DNA of 64,000 nucleotides from Candidatus Latescibacterota bacterium (GCA_965248355.1 OZ252098.1:2272001-2336000); one strand, 5' to 3'. Counted from the first letter of the stretch, positions 48,196-58,746 are shown. Notes: generated from the letters alone by a model not told the origin. Translations and numbers: made by a program.

Positions 48196-48437
48196 GCAAG
48201 TCCGCCTACCCCCTCAAGCTGCCCTCCTCGGTGAAGGCCGCCGCGCAGCGGCTCGCCAAGGAGGACGGGGTCTCCCTGAACCAGTGGATCGCCGCGGCCG
48301 TGGCCCAGAAGATCGGGGCCGTCGAGGCCGCGACGGAGTTCCTGGGGAGGCGCGCCGGAGGCGCGGTGCCGGGGGACATGCTGCCCTTCCTCGACGCCGC
48401 GCCCGACGTCCCCCCACCGCCGGAGGACGAGCCGTGA
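48192..48437 (+). CDS. Ribbon-helix-helix antitoxin (HicB-like/CopG), orphan
   Basis: YPLKLPSSV..LAKEDGVSLNQWIAAAVAQK; C-terminal PDVPPPPED. Confidence 0.82.
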   Translation: MSKSAYPLKLPSSVKAAAQRLAKEDGVSLNQWIAAAVAQKIGAVEAATEFLGRRAGGAVPGDMLPFLDAAPDVPPPPEDEP

Positions 48438-49864
48438 GCCCCACCCGGCCGAACATCCTCCTCATCCTCGTCGATGACCTGGGCTGGACCGACCTGGCCT
48501 GCTGCGGCAGCGAGTTCTACGAGACGCCCAACCTCGACCGGCTGTGCGGCGAGGGCATGCGCTTCACCGACGCCTACGCCGCCTCTCCGGTCTGCTCACC
48601 CACGCGGGCCAGCCTGCTCACCGGCAAGTACCCGGCCACCGTGGGCATCACCGACTGGATCGACTGGCAGGATGTCGTGCACCCGGCCCGGGGCGCGGTC
48701 GTCGACGTCCCCTACCTGAAGGACCTGCCCGCCTCCGAGCACTCCCTGGCCGCGGCCCTCTCCGACGCCGGGTACGCCACCTGGCACGTGGGCAAGTGGC
48801 ACCTCGGAGGGCCGGGCCATCTGCCCGAGGACCACGGCTTCGAGGTCAACGTCGGCGGCTGTCACCGGGGCTCGCCCGGCGCCGGCGGCTACTTCAGCCC
48901 CTGGACGATCGAGCCTCTGGCCGGCGCCGACGTGCCCGAGGGCACCTACCTGACCGACCATCTCACCGACCGCGCCGTCGACCTGATCCGCCGCGCCGGC
49001 GACCGGCCCTTCTTCCTCAACCTGTGGTATTACAGCGTCCACACGCCGATCCAGGCCAAGGCCGCCACGGTGGCGCGCTACCAGGACAAGGCCAGGGGCC
49101 TCGGCCTCGACCGCTTCGAGAGCTTCGCCGAGGGCGAGCCCTTCCCCTGCGAGCACAAGCGGGACCAGCGGGTGCGCCGCCGGCTGCTGCACTCCGACGC
49201 CGTGTACGCCGCCATGATCGACGCCCTCGACGAGAACATCGGCCGCGTGCTGGACGCCCTCGACGAGACGGGCAAGACCGGCGATACGCTGGTCGTCTTC
49301 ACCTCCGACAACGGCGGGCTGGCCACGTCGGAGGGCTCGCCCACCTGCAACGCCCCCCTGGCCGAGGGCAAGGGCTGGATGTACGAGGGCGGCACCCGGG
49401 AGCCCCTGATCGCGCGCTGGCCGGGACGGGTCGCCGCCGGCAGCCGCTGCCGGGTGCCGGTGACCTCCCCCGACTTCTACCCGACCCTGCTCGAGGCCGC
49501 CGGGCTGCCGCCGAGGCCGGACCAGCACGTGGACGGAGCCAGCTTCCTGCCCCTCCTCGAAGGCACGGGCGTCCTGGAGCGGGAGGCCATCTTCTGGCAC
49601 TACCCCCACTACGGAAACCAGGGGGGCACGCCGGGCTCCTCGGTGCGCCGCGGGGACTGGAAGCTGATCGAGTTCTACGAGGACGGGCGGCGGGAGCTGT
49701 ACAACCTGCGGGACGACCTGTCCGAAGACCGCGACGTGGCCGCGGCGAACGCCGACGTGGCGCGCGATCTGCACGAACGGCTGGCGGCCTGGCGGGAGGA
49801 GGTGGCGGCGAAGATCCCGGCCCCCAACCCCGGGTGGTCCAGCGAACCGAGGAGGAAGGGATGA
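48434..49864 (+). CDS. Sulfatase (Cys-type, formylglycine-dependent)
   Basis: PNILLILVDDLG, CSPTRASLLTG, GKWHLG, SDNG, YEGG. Confidence 0.95.
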   Translation: MSPTRPNILLILVDDLGWTDLACCGSEFYETPNLDRLCGEGMRFTDAYAASPVCSPTRASLLTGKYPATVGITDWIDWQDVVHPARGAVVDVPYLKDLPASEHSLAAALSDAGYATWHVGKWHLGGPGHLPEDHGFEVNVGGCHRGSPGAGGYFSPWTIEPLAGADVPEGTYLTDHLTDRAVDLIRRAGDRPFFLNLWYYSVHTPIQAKAATVARYQDKARGLGLDRFESFAEGEPFPCEHKRDQRVRRRLLHSDAVYAAMIDALDENIGRVLDALDETGKTGDTLVVFTSDNGGLATSEGSPTCNAPLAEGKGWMYEGGTREPLIARWPGRVAAGSRCRVPVTSPDFYPTLLEAAGLPPRPDQHVDGASFLPLLEGTGVLEREAIFWHYPHYGNQGGTPGSSVRRGDWKLIEFYEDGRRELYNLRDDLSEDRDVAAANADVARDLHERLAAWREEVAAKIPAPNPGWSSEPRRKG

Positions 49865-50868
49865 CCCTGCGAGCCGGCGTCATCGGCTGCGGAGGCCGGG
49901 GCCGCGCCCACGCCGAGGGCTACGCGGAGGACGAACGGGTCGATCTCGTCGCCTGCGCCGACCCCTCCGAGGAGGCCCGGTCCGCGCTGGCCGAACGCTT
50001 CGGGGTGGCGGGCACCTGGGCCGACCACGGCGAGATGCTCGACCAGGAGCGCCTCGACCTGGTCAGCGTCTGCACCTGGCCGCAGCTGCACCGGCCCATG
50101 ATCGAGGCGGCGGCCGCCGCCGGCGCGCGGGCGATCCACGCCGAGAAGCCCATGGCGCCCACCTGGGGCGACGCCCGGGCCCTGCACGCGGCCTGCGCCG
50201 AGCGCGGCGTGCTGCTCACCTTCTGCCACCAGCGCCGCTTCGGAGACCTCTTCGCCACGGCGCGGCAGCTGCTCCGCGACGGCGCCATCGGGCCCCTGCG
50301 CCGCGTCGAGGCGGTCTGCCCCAACCTGTTCGACTGGGGCACCCACTGGTTCGACATGATGTTCTTCTACAACGACGAGACCCCGGCGCGCTGGGTCATG
50401 GGCCAGATCGATGTCTCCGAGCGGCGGGAGATCTTCGGCGTGCGGCTGGACGCCGGCGGTCTGTCGTGGGTCCGCTTCGAGAACGAGGTGGAGGGCCTGC
50501 TGACCACCGGCGACGTCGGCTACGCCGGACCGGCCAACCGCCTGATCGGCCCCGAGGGGGTGATCGAGGTGCAGGGCGCGGGGTGCCCCCTGCGGATGCG
50601 GCGCGGCGGCGGCTGGGAGGTGGTGGAGGCGCGCTCCTCCGGAGTCCCGGCGGCCCGCCACACCATCGCCAGCGTGAAGAACCTGGTGGACTGCCTCTGC
50701 AGCGGCCAGGAGCCGGAGCTGTCGAGCCGCAAGGCCCTGCAGGCGACGGAGCTGATCTTCGCCACCTACGAGTCGTCGCGCCGCCGCGGGCGCGTCGACC
50801 TGCCCCTGGAGGTGGAGGACTCCGCCCTGCAGAGCATGCTCGACGAGGGCGTGATCGGCGGCGGGTGA
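49861..50868 (+). CDS. Gfo/Idh/MocA family oxidoreductase
   Basis: GVIGCGG, AEKPMA, HQRRF, DWGTH. Confidence 0.88.
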   Translation: MTLRAGVIGCGGRGRAHAEGYAEDERVDLVACADPSEEARSALAERFGVAGTWADHGEMLDQERLDLVSVCTWPQLHRPMIEAAAAAGARAIHAEKPMAPTWGDARALHAACAERGVLLTFCHQRRFGDLFATARQLLRDGAIGPLRRVEAVCPNLFDWGTHWFDMMFFYNDETPARWVMGQIDVSERREIFGVRLDAGGLSWVRFENEVEGLLTTGDVGYAGPANRLIGPEGVIEVQGAGCPLRMRRGGGWEVVEARSSGVPAARHTIASVKNLVDCLCSGQEPELSSRKALQATELIFATYESSRRRGRVDLPLEVEDSALQSMLDEGVIGGG

Positions 50869-50880
50869 GGCTGACGGCGG

Positions 50881-51807
50881 CTACTCCCGGCGCCGCAGCT
50901 CGATATCTCCGGAGAAGGTGGACGCCTCGATGCGGGCGCCGCCGCCCCAGAGGGTCAGGTCCCATGCCCGGGGCTCCCCCTCCCCCTCGCCGAAGTCGCT
51001 GACGATGCGGCCGGAGAACACCTCCAGCTCGACCTCGGCGCTGACCTGCGCCGGCAACCGCAGGCCGATGTCGCCGCTCTTCGTGTCCAGCTTCAGGCGG
51101 CCGGCGGCGGCCAGGTTCCCCTCGAAGCGCAGATCTCCACTCAGGGACTCGGCGGCGCCCTTGCGCAGGCTGTCGACCCGGGCCTCGATGTCGCCGCTCA
51201 CCGTATCGACCTCGAACTCCCCGGCGTCGAGGCGGACGCTGACGGCGCCGCTCACCGACTCGGCCTCCACGCGCCCTTCCGTGGAGCGCACCTCCAGGTC
51301 GCCGGTGACCGACTCCAGGTAGATCCCCTGGGAGCCGACGTCGACGGCCACGTCGCCGCTGACCACGTCCACCTCCAGGTCGCCCGTCAGCCCGGTGACG
51401 AGGATGTCGGCGCTCACGCAGTCCACCTCCACCTCGCTGGCCAGGGGGACCTTGATCACCAGGTGGGCCTGTCCGTGATCCCTGAAGCCCTCGAACCGGG
51501 AGTCGTGGACCACCTCCACCTCGATCGTCCCCCCATGGCGCTCGAAACGCAGCTCCTTCACGCCCTTGCCGAGGGTGCCGGTGACGGCGACCTCGGCCTG
51601 CTCCCAGCCCTCGATCTCGACGCGGCCCGAGACATTGCTCACCTCGACCTTGCCCCGGGGATCGGCCTCCATGCGCTTCTCCACCGACCCCTGGGCCGCG
51701 GCCGCGACCGTTGTCAGCGCGCACAGGAGAAGGACCCGGAGGGCGGGGCCGCGGCGGGTGCCGGGAAAGTCCGCCCGGGCGGGGTTGGAAGTGCTCTGCC
51801 TGTTCAT
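50881..51807 (-). CDS. DUF4097 family beta-strand repeat (adhesin-like) protein
   Basis: Signal peptide; repeated SVSG/VSGD/TKSGD/TFSGD motifs. Confidence 0.85.
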   Translation of the reverse strand: MNRQSTSNPARADFPGTRRGPALRVLLLCALTTVAAAAQGSVEKRMEADPRGKVEVSNVSGRVEIEGWEQAEVAVTGTLGKGVKELRFERHGGTIEVEVVHDSRFEGFRDHGQAHLVIKVPLASEVEVDCVSADILVTGLTGDLEVDVVSGDVAVDVGSQGIYLESVTGDLEVRSTEGRVEAESVSGAVSVRLDAGEFEVDTVSGDIEARVDSLRKGAAESLSGDLRFEGNLAAAGRLKLDTKSGDIGLRLPAQVSAEVELEVFSGRIVSDFGEGEGEPRAWDLTLWGGGARIEASTFSGDIELRRRE

Positions 51808-51996
51808 CTCGTCTCCTCGGTGTCGACTCGGGACGCCCGCCGACCTGCGCGCGCCCGTCCTCCCTGAGGATGCTAGCCGGATGCGATGCGCCGCAAGAGC
51901 CCGGGGGCCTGCGCCTCTGCCGGGCCGGCATTTCCTATACTTGCGCGCCCTCTGACACTTCGGCCCCTCCGACCCCTCCGACGAAAGGAAACCTCC

Positions 51997-52752
51997 GTGG
52001 ACAGCCCCCGAGCGGTCGTGCGCAACTGGCGCGACAGCGAATGCTACCTCGGCCACGACAACGCCGTCGTCTGGCCGATCCTGAACCGCGCCGGCGGCGG
52101 CGGCGAGCCCTCGCCCTTCCGGTGCCTGACCCACCTGAGCGCCTTCGCCGGCCACTCCCTGCAGGGAGGCAAGAGCACGAACTACCACTCCCACGGCAAC
52201 GCCGAGCAGTACTACTACATCCTCTCCGGCCAGGCGGAGGTGCTCATCGGCAAGGACCGCCACGCCGTCAGCGAGGGATCGGTGGCCTACTTCCCCCCCG
52301 GCGTCCCCCACCAGCTCGTGGGCGAGAGCAACCCGGACTGGATGCAGTACCTCATCATCACCTGCCCGGTGCCGGAGGGCCGCGGCGGCAGCGAGCCCCG
52401 GGTGCTGAACTGGCGCGACGCCTCGCCGAACATGGGCGTCCACGGCAACGCCGTGACCTGGCAGCTGCTGGAGCGGCTGGACGCGGAGGAGCCGGGCACC
52501 GACCAGCCCTGCCTGCTCGCCTTCTGGTACCTGGCGCGCCAGGCCGTGGCCCGGGGCAAGGCCTCCGACTTCCACGTGCACGACGACAAGGAGCAGGTCT
52601 ACTACGTCCTGGAGGGAGAGGGCACGGTGGTCACCGGCTTCGACGCCCACCCGGTGAGGGAGGGCGACACCGTCTACCTGCCCATCGGCGTGCCCCACGC
52701 CATCCTCAACGACCGCTACGACGGCTGGCTCTCGTACCTGGTCGTCAGCTGA
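51997..52752 (+). CDS. Bicupin protein
   Basis: Two cupin motifs (HSH..EQYYYILSG..PPGVPH; HVH..EQVYYVLEG..PIGVPH); AAAGGA RBS; TATACT upstream. Confidence 0.85.
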   Translation: MDSPRAVVRNWRDSECYLGHDNAVVWPILNRAGGGGEPSPFRCLTHLSAFAGHSLQGGKSTNYHSHGNAEQYYYILSGQAEVLIGKDRHAVSEGSVAYFPPGVPHQLVGESNPDWMQYLIITCPVPEGRGGSEPRVLNWRDASPNMGVHGNAVTWQLLERLDAEEPGTDQPCLLAFWYLARQAVARGKASDFHVHDDKEQVYYVLEGEGTVVTGFDAHPVREGDTVYLPIGVPHAILNDRYDGWLSYLVVS

Positions 52753-54374
52753 TGGGCTGGGACGTCCTGATCCGCGGCGGCCGCGTCGTCGACGGCAGCG
52801 GCAACCCCTGGTTCCGCGGCGACGTGGCCCTCAGCGGCGACCGGGTGGCCGCGGTGGCCGCGCCGGGGGCCGTCCCGCCCGAGAACGCCGCCGAGGTCGT
52901 CGACGCCGGCGAGGCCGTGGTCTGCCCGGGCTTCATCGACATCCAGTCCCACTCCATCTACCCCCTCATGGCGGACGGCCGCTGCCTGTCCAAGATCACC
53001 CAGGGCGTGACCACGGAGATCATGGGCGAGGCCTGGACCCCGGCCCCGGTGACCGGCCGCAACGAGGGCGGTCTCGGCACCGCCGTGTACGGGGACCTGC
53101 TGGGCGACTGGGTGGAGCCGGCGAAGGGGTGGACGCGCTTCCGCCACTGGCTCGAGGCGGTCGAGGCGGCCGGCACCTCGCCCAACGTCGGCTCCTTCCT
53201 CGGCGGCGGCACCCTGCGCAGCTGCGCCAAGGGGCTGGACATGACCGCCGCCGCGCCGGAAGATCGGCGGCTCATGGCCCGGGTCGCGGCCGAGGCCATG
53301 GAGGACGGCGCCTTCGGACTCTCCTACGCCCTCATCTACCCGCCGGACTGCTACGCCGACACCGACGAGATCGTCGAGGTCTGCGAGGTGGCGGCCCGCT
53401 ACGACGGCAGCTACATCACCCACCTGCGCTCGGAGGGGGCCGCGATCTTCAGCGCCCTCGACGAGGCCTTCGAGATCGGCGTCCGCGGCGGCTTGCCGGT
53501 GGAGATCTATCACCTGAAGGCGGCGGGCCGGGCCCACTGGGACAAGATGCCGGAGGTCATCGGCCGCATCGACCGGGCCCGCGCCGGGGGCCTGGACGTG
53601 GCCGCCGACATGTATCCCTACGACGCCTCCGGAACCGGCCTGACCGCGGTGCTGCCGCCCTGGACGGCGGCCGGGGGGAAGCTCTTCGAGCGCCTCGAGG
53701 ACCCGGCCGAGCGGGAAGAGATCCGGCGCGCCGTCATGGACCCCGACGACAGCTGGGAGGCCATGGTCACCGAGCACGGCCCCGAGGGGGTGATGCCCAT
53801 CGGCTTCCGCAAGCCGGAGAACCAGGCCTGCGTGGGCCGGCGCCTCTCCGAGATCGCCGCCGAGCGCGGCGAGGACTGGTTCGACACCGTCTGCGGCCTG
53901 CTGCTGTCGGAGCGCCAGCGCATCGGCACCATCTACTTCTCCATGACCGAGGACAACCTGCGCCTGCAGCTCGGGCAGCCGTGGATCAAGATCTCCACCG
54001 ACGCCGGCGGCGTCGACCCGGCCTGGGCGCGGAGCCTGGGGCCCGTGCACCCCCGCGGCTACGGCACCTATCCGCGCGTCCTCGGCCGCTTCGTGCGCGA
54101 CCAGGGGGTGCTGCCCCTGGAGGACGCCGTCCGCAAGATGACCTCGGCCGTGGCCGGCCGCCTGGGCCTGCGGCAGCGGGGCCTGCTGCGCGAGGGAATG
54201 CTCGCCGACGTGGTGATCTTCGATCCCGAGAGGGTCGCGGACCGCGCCACCTTCGAGGAGCCCCACCAGCTCTCGGAGGGGGTGCGCGACGTGTGGGTGA
54301 ACGGCCGGCGGGTGCTGCGCGACGGCCGCCACACCGGGGCCACACCGGGCCGCTTCGTGCAGCCCTGGAGCTGA
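52752..54374 (+). CDS. N-acyl-D-amino-acid deacylase family amidohydrolase
   Basis: GGRVVDGSG, PGFID, QGVTTE, HLRSE, DMYPY, HPRGYGTYPR. Confidence 0.92.
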   Translation: MGWDVLIRGGRVVDGSGNPWFRGDVALSGDRVAAVAAPGAVPPENAAEVVDAGEAVVCPGFIDIQSHSIYPLMADGRCLSKITQGVTTEIMGEAWTPAPVTGRNEGGLGTAVYGDLLGDWVEPAKGWTRFRHWLEAVEAAGTSPNVGSFLGGGTLRSCAKGLDMTAAAPEDRRLMARVAAEAMEDGAFGLSYALIYPPDCYADTDEIVEVCEVAARYDGSYITHLRSEGAAIFSALDEAFEIGVRGGLPVEIYHLKAAGRAHWDKMPEVIGRIDRARAGGLDVAADMYPYDASGTGLTAVLPPWTAAGGKLFERLEDPAEREEIRRAVMDPDDSWEAMVTEHGPEGVMPIGFRKPENQACVGRRLSEIAAERGEDWFDTVCGLLLSERQRIGTIYFSMTEDNLRLQLGQPWIKISTDAGGVDPAWARSLGPVHPRGYGTYPRVLGRFVRDQGVLPLEDAVRKMTSAVAGRLGLRQRGLLREGMLADVVIFDPERVADRATFEEPHQLSEGVRDVWVNGRRVLRDGRHTGATPGRFVQPWS

Positions 54375-54378
54375 AGCC

Positions 54379-57312
54379 ATGGTCCGGCCGGACATGGGGA
54401 AGGGAGGCAGCGCGGTCCTCCCGGCGGCGGCCTTGCTCTGGCTCTGGGCGGCGGGAGCCGGCGCCGGCGAGCCCTTCGTCACCGTCGACCTGACCGATCT
54501 CTACCACGGCCGGTTCATCGCCGCGGACATGGGCGACGGCTACGGGATCGCCGAGGGGCAGCTGCCGGCGGCGGGCTCCCGCGTCGAGGTCGGGGGCATC
54601 CCCTTTCTCATCGGCACCCGGGAGGGCGGCGACCACCTGGACGTGGGCCTGGCCCGCTGGCCCGACGTGGAACAGGACCCCGTCGGTTTCTACTCGCACT
54701 ACAAGCCCGACGGGTACGGCGATCCCGAGTGCCCGGTGGTGCGCATCCCGCGGCAGAACTACTCGGGGCTGTACCTCCTGTGTCTGGCGGACACCGATCC
54801 GGCGAAGACCCCCGTGGTCTCCTTCCGGCTGGGGCTGCACGACGGCCACGGCATCCTCTACGACAGCGCCGTTCAGGTGCCGCGGTGGAACGAGGCGGGC
54901 AACGAGCGGGTCCTGGCCCACCGGCCCCTGCGCCTGACGGGGGCCGCGGGAGACGCGGAGGGCCGCCTCTTCGTGGTGAAGGCGCCCCTGCGCTCCGGGG
55001 ACATCCAGGACATCGCCGAGCCGGGCGGCCACCTGGACTTGGAGCTGACCAAGGAACTGCACGTGGCGGTGCGCAATCCCGACCCGGCGCGCTTCCGCGT
55101 GCGCGCCCTGGGCCGGCCCAGCGCGGTGCGCGTGCTGGCCCTGACCCTGGCGGTGGCGCCGGTGCAGATGCGGGTGGGATCGGCCGAGGTGGGCAACGTC
55201 TTCGTGGCGCCCCAGGTGCCGGTCTTCTCCGTGGCCCTCCGGAATCTCACGGAGCAGCCGGGGCGCGCCAGCGTGGAGGCGGTGGTCACCGACTACTACG
55301 GCAACCAGAGCCGCACGCGGGAGAGCCTGGACCTGGCGCCGCTGGCGGCCGACACCCTGCGCCTGGAGCTGCCCCGGGAGAAGCGAGGCTGGTTCGAGGT
55401 GGTCTTCCGCCTGCTCGACGGCGGGGAAGCCTCAGTGGAACGCCGCACCACCATGGCCCTGCTGCCCGAGGACCGGCGGCGGGCGACCTTGCGGGACTCG
55501 CCCTTCGGCACCTGGTGCTTCGGCACCGGGCACCGCGGCACCACGGCGGACCGGGCCGGACCGCTGATGTACAAGGCGGGGATCCGGCGAACCATGGGCT
55601 ACGGGTACGAGGAGCTGCGGAAGCACGGCCTGACGCTGGGCCAGCACTCCAGCATCGTGGGCACCCACAAGGTCGGCGAGACGGACCCGGAGGCGCTGCG
55701 CCGCAGCTTCGCCCAGTGGCCGGAGACCCGCCAGGCCCTGGTCTTCCACGAGAGCAACATCGGCCCGCTGAAGACGCGGCCGGGCTTCCTCACGGGGGAC
55801 GGACCGGCGCCGCTGGACTCGACGGCGCTGGCCGAGCTGGAGCGGCGCTGGGAGCACGCGGTGGCGGCCAGCGAGGCGGTGCGCCGCCTCGACCCGGAGA
55901 TGGAGCTGGTCTTCGGCAACATGGTGCAGCCCTCGATCGAGCAGTTCCTGGCGCGCGGCTATCCGCGCCGCTACATCGACCGCCTGGGCGAGGAGTCCCC
56001 CGGCTTCATGCGCATGCCCGAGCGCCAGCCGGAGGTGGCCGGCTTCGGCAGCCTCTGGTGGATGAAGGAGATGGCCCGCCACTACGGGTACGGCGACGTG
56101 GGGCTGGCCGTCTCCTTCGAGTGGATGTACCACTCCACCAACCCCGGCAACCTCCACCCGCGCACGGCCGCCGCCTACAACGTGCGCGACGGCCTGCTGG
56201 CCCTGGCCTACGGCGTCCCCCACGTCAACCCGGCCCTCGCCTACGACGTAGGCAACGCCTACCACTTCTCCAACTGGGGCGCCTCCGGCCTGGCCCACCG
56301 CCCGCCCGAGCTGAACCCCAAGCCCGGGTACGTGACCTACGCCACCCTCACGGCCCAGCTCGACCGGGCGCGGTTCTCGCGCAAGCTGGAGACCGGCTCC
56401 ACCAGCCTCTTCGCCCTCGAGTTCACCCGCCCCGAGGGGGACCGGGTCTACGCCCTGTGGACGCTGCGCGGCCAGAGGGAGGTCCGCCTGTCCGTGAACG
56501 GCACGGGACCCGCCACGGTGACCGACGGCATGGGCAACAGCGTCCAGGCGCCCGTCGCGGACGGCGAGGTGGTCGTCGTCGTGGACGACTCCCCGCGCTA
56601 CGTGGGCGGCGTCGAGGTCGCCTCGGTGAAGGCCGGGACCTGGCGGTACACCGCGGCGCCCGGCCCCGGGGCCGTCCTGGTGCACGGCCTCGACGACCCC
56701 GGCGCCTGGCGGGTGAGCGCCCGCCGGGACACGGCCTTCGAGAACTACACCTGGGACGTGGTGCGGCGTCCGGGCCGGCTGACCTGGAGCGCCGTGCGGG
56801 ATCCCGAGCGAGGCGCGGTGACGCAGGTGGCCCTGGACGGTCCCCAGGGCGGTCCGGACGTGGCCGCCTGGTACAACTACTGCGAGCTGGAAGAGGAGGT
56901 CCCGCTGCCGGGGAGGCCGCGCCGGATCGGCCTGTGGGTCTACGGCAATTCGAGCTGGAGCCGCATCGTCTTCGTCCTGGAGGACGCCGAGGGCGAGGAG
57001 TGGGCCCACCTGGGCGCCGCCCTCCACGGCCGCGCCGACTGGAACACCAACGACACGGAGAGCACCTCCTTCGTCAACTTCGACGGCTGGCGCTACATGG
57101 GGATCGACCTGCCGGGGGAGTACCCCGTCGAGCGCTACCAGTGGCCGCGCAAGTGCAACTGGCGATCCACCGGCGGCGACGGGCTGGTCGACCACCCGCT
57201 GCGGCTGAAGGGGTTCTACGTGCAGTTGCGGGAGAAGCTGGTCTACGTCGACGAGATGGTGCCGGCCGCGAGCCGGCACCTGCTGCTCGACGACCTGATG
57301 TGCTCCTACTGA
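54379..57312 (+). CDS. Large secreted hypothetical protein, possibly glycoside hydrolase-like
   Basis: 977-aa ORF in backbone codon usage with signal peptide; PKPGYVTYATL and VNFDGWRY segments. Confidence 0.6.
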   Translation: MVRPDMGKGGSAVLPAAALLWLWAAGAGAGEPFVTVDLTDLYHGRFIAADMGDGYGIAEGQLPAAGSRVEVGGIPFLIGTREGGDHLDVGLARWPDVEQDPVGFYSHYKPDGYGDPECPVVRIPRQNYSGLYLLCLADTDPAKTPVVSFRLGLHDGHGILYDSAVQVPRWNEAGNERVLAHRPLRLTGAAGDAEGRLFVVKAPLRSGDIQDIAEPGGHLDLELTKELHVAVRNPDPARFRVRALGRPSAVRVLALTLAVAPVQMRVGSAEVGNVFVAPQVPVFSVALRNLTEQPGRASVEAVVTDYYGNQSRTRESLDLAPLAADTLRLELPREKRGWFEVVFRLLDGGEASVERRTTMALLPEDRRRATLRDSPFGTWCFGTGHRGTTADRAGPLMYKAGIRRTMGYGYEELRKHGLTLGQHSSIVGTHKVGETDPEALRRSFAQWPETRQALVFHESNIGPLKTRPGFLTGDGPAPLDSTALAELERRWEHAVAASEAVRRLDPEMELVFGNMVQPSIEQFLARGYPRRYIDRLGEESPGFMRMPERQPEVAGFGSLWWMKEMARHYGYGDVGLAVSFEWMYHSTNPGNLHPRTAAAYNVRDGLLALAYGVPHVNPALAYDVGNAYHFSNWGASGLAHRPPELNPKPGYVTYATLTAQLDRARFSRKLETGSTSLFALEFTRPEGDRVYALWTLRGQREVRLSVNGTGPATVTDGMGNSVQAPVADGEVVVVVDDSPRYVGGVEVASVKAGTWRYTAAPGPGAVLVHGLDDPGAWRVSARRDTAFENYTWDVVRRPGRLTWSAVRDPERGAVTQVALDGPQGGPDVAAWYNYCELEEEVPLPGRPRRIGLWVYGNSSWSRIVFVLEDAEGEEWAHLGAALHGRADWNTNDTESTSFVNFDGWRYMGIDLPGEYPVERYQWPRKCNWRSTGGDGLVDHPLRLKGFYVQLREKLVYVDEMVPAASRHLLLDDLMCSY

Positions 57313-57396
57313 CCTGCGCGACCTGATCCGCCCGACGGGGCACCAGCACCCCTGCACGGGCGATCAGCCCGGCGCCTCCCAAGCGTCGGGGCGTCG

Positions 57397-58608
57397 CTAT
57401 CTGCCGTGGAAACGGGAATCCGTGAAGTTGAAGACCGCGGCTCCCGGCGCTTCGACCTCCAGGATCTCGGTGCCGACCCAGCCGTTGTATTGCTTGCCCG
57501 GCAGTACTTCCAGCAGGGCGACCACGACGGACCGGGCCGGGATGTCCGCCTCTCCGCTGGCCCAGACCTCGCCCCCCTCCCCCGGAGTTCGCAACCGCGC
57601 CTTGACGCCCCGGGCGTCCTCCTGACCCAGGTTCATCAGCAGCAGGCGCACGGTCGGGGGTTCGCGCAGGCTGCCCCAGGGACCTCCATCGTGGCCGGTG
57701 TGGAAGTGCGGCAGGGCGAACTCCGACGAGCAGAAGATGGCCGGCTCTTCGTAGCGCTTCGTGAAGAGCTGTCCCAGCTCGAGCAGTTCGGGCGAGAGGC
57801 CGCTGCCGTTGGTGGGAGTCTCCAGGAACCGGCCGCAGATCTCGTCCAGCTGTTCGTCGGTGAGCGGACAGTTGTTCTCCTCGAGCTTCCACTTGCCGAA
57901 GAACCCCACGCCGGGCGACTCGGGCGCGACCAAGCGGATCAGGCGGATCTGTTGTTCCAGCTCTTGGGCCGTCTGGGTCCACCGGTAGTCGCCCTTGTCC
58001 TCGCTCTCCTTGCCCAGCCCCAAGGCCACCACGGACCTGTCCAGAAGGCCGACAAGCCGCGCGGCCTGAAGCTGAAAGGGGATCATCCACGCGTCGTTGA
58101 GGTCGAAGTAGGTCTCCAGCAGGACCAGCTCGACCGTCTGCCGGTAGACCGCCGCCAACTCCGGCGCAACGGGGCCTCGCATCTGCCAGACCGTGACTTT
58201 CAGCTCCGGCCTCTTCTCGCGCACGGCCTGGAGGATGGCGGCCGTGTGCTGGTCGATGCCTCCGTCGTAGTCCCAGCCGAACTCGTCGATGTTGACCGCC
58301 GGGTGGGGATTGTCCGCGAAGTCCATCTGGACCAGCACGTCGGAAGCCTCGTCGACGTTCATGCCCAGGAAGCTGTAGTGGACCACCCCCTGGGAGACGA
58401 TCCCGCCCCTGGCCTTCCAATACTTCCAATCGCCGCCCCGGGTAAAGGTCTGCGATGCGAGTTCCGGGTAGGCTCCGTAGAAGGCGATCACCTTCTCCAG
58501 TCCCATGACCCTGTCCTCGGCGGATGTGGTTTGAGCTCCCTGCAGCGTCATGATCATCAGGCACATGCAATACCGCCACAGGGGAACCGGGCGCTGGTCA
58601 TTCTTCAC
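57397..58608 (-). CDS. Hypothetical protein
   Basis: ~400-aa ORF with normal residue composition; somewhat lower GC; start uncertain. Confidence 0.65.
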   Translation of the reverse strand: MKNDQRPVPLWRYCMCLMIMTLQGAQTTSAEDRVMGLEKVIAFYGAYPELASQTFTRGGDWKYWKARGGIVSQGVVHYSFLGMNVDEASDVLVQMDFADNPHPAVNIDEFGWDYDGGIDQHTAAILQAVREKRPELKVTVWQMRGPVAPELAAVYRQTVELVLLETYFDLNDAWMIPFQLQAARLVGLLDRSVVALGLGKESEDKGDYRWTQTAQELEQQIRLIRLVAPESPGVGFFGKWKLEENNCPLTDEQLDEICGRFLETPTNGSGLSPELLELGQLFTKRYEEPAIFCSSEFALPHFHTGHDGGPWGSLREPPTVRLLLMNLGQEDARGVKARLRTPGEGGEVWASGEADIPARSVVVALLEVLPGKQYNGWVGTEILEVEAPGAAVFNFTDSRFHGR

Positions 58609-58710
58609 AAGGAGTCTCTCGGCACCCAAGACCCGTATAGTATCGGGCTGATTGCGGGAGGTGCTGCCAAAGCGGTGAGTCGAACCCGCCAGGGCGATGG
58701 GGCGAAGGAT

Positions 58711-58730
58711 CGGGGCCCGGCCGGGCCCCG
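58711..58730. terminator. GC-rich palindrome downstream of rpmG (terminator-like)
   Basis: Perfect palindrome cggggcccggccgggccccg; no clear U-tract. Confidence 0.4.
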
Positions 58731-58746
58731 GCAGGCCGTCCTGGGG

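Noticed and set aside
51931..51945. TTTCCTATACTTG as another oriIS
   Set aside because: No transposase sequence nearby; its position upstream of the cupin gene fits a plain -10 box.
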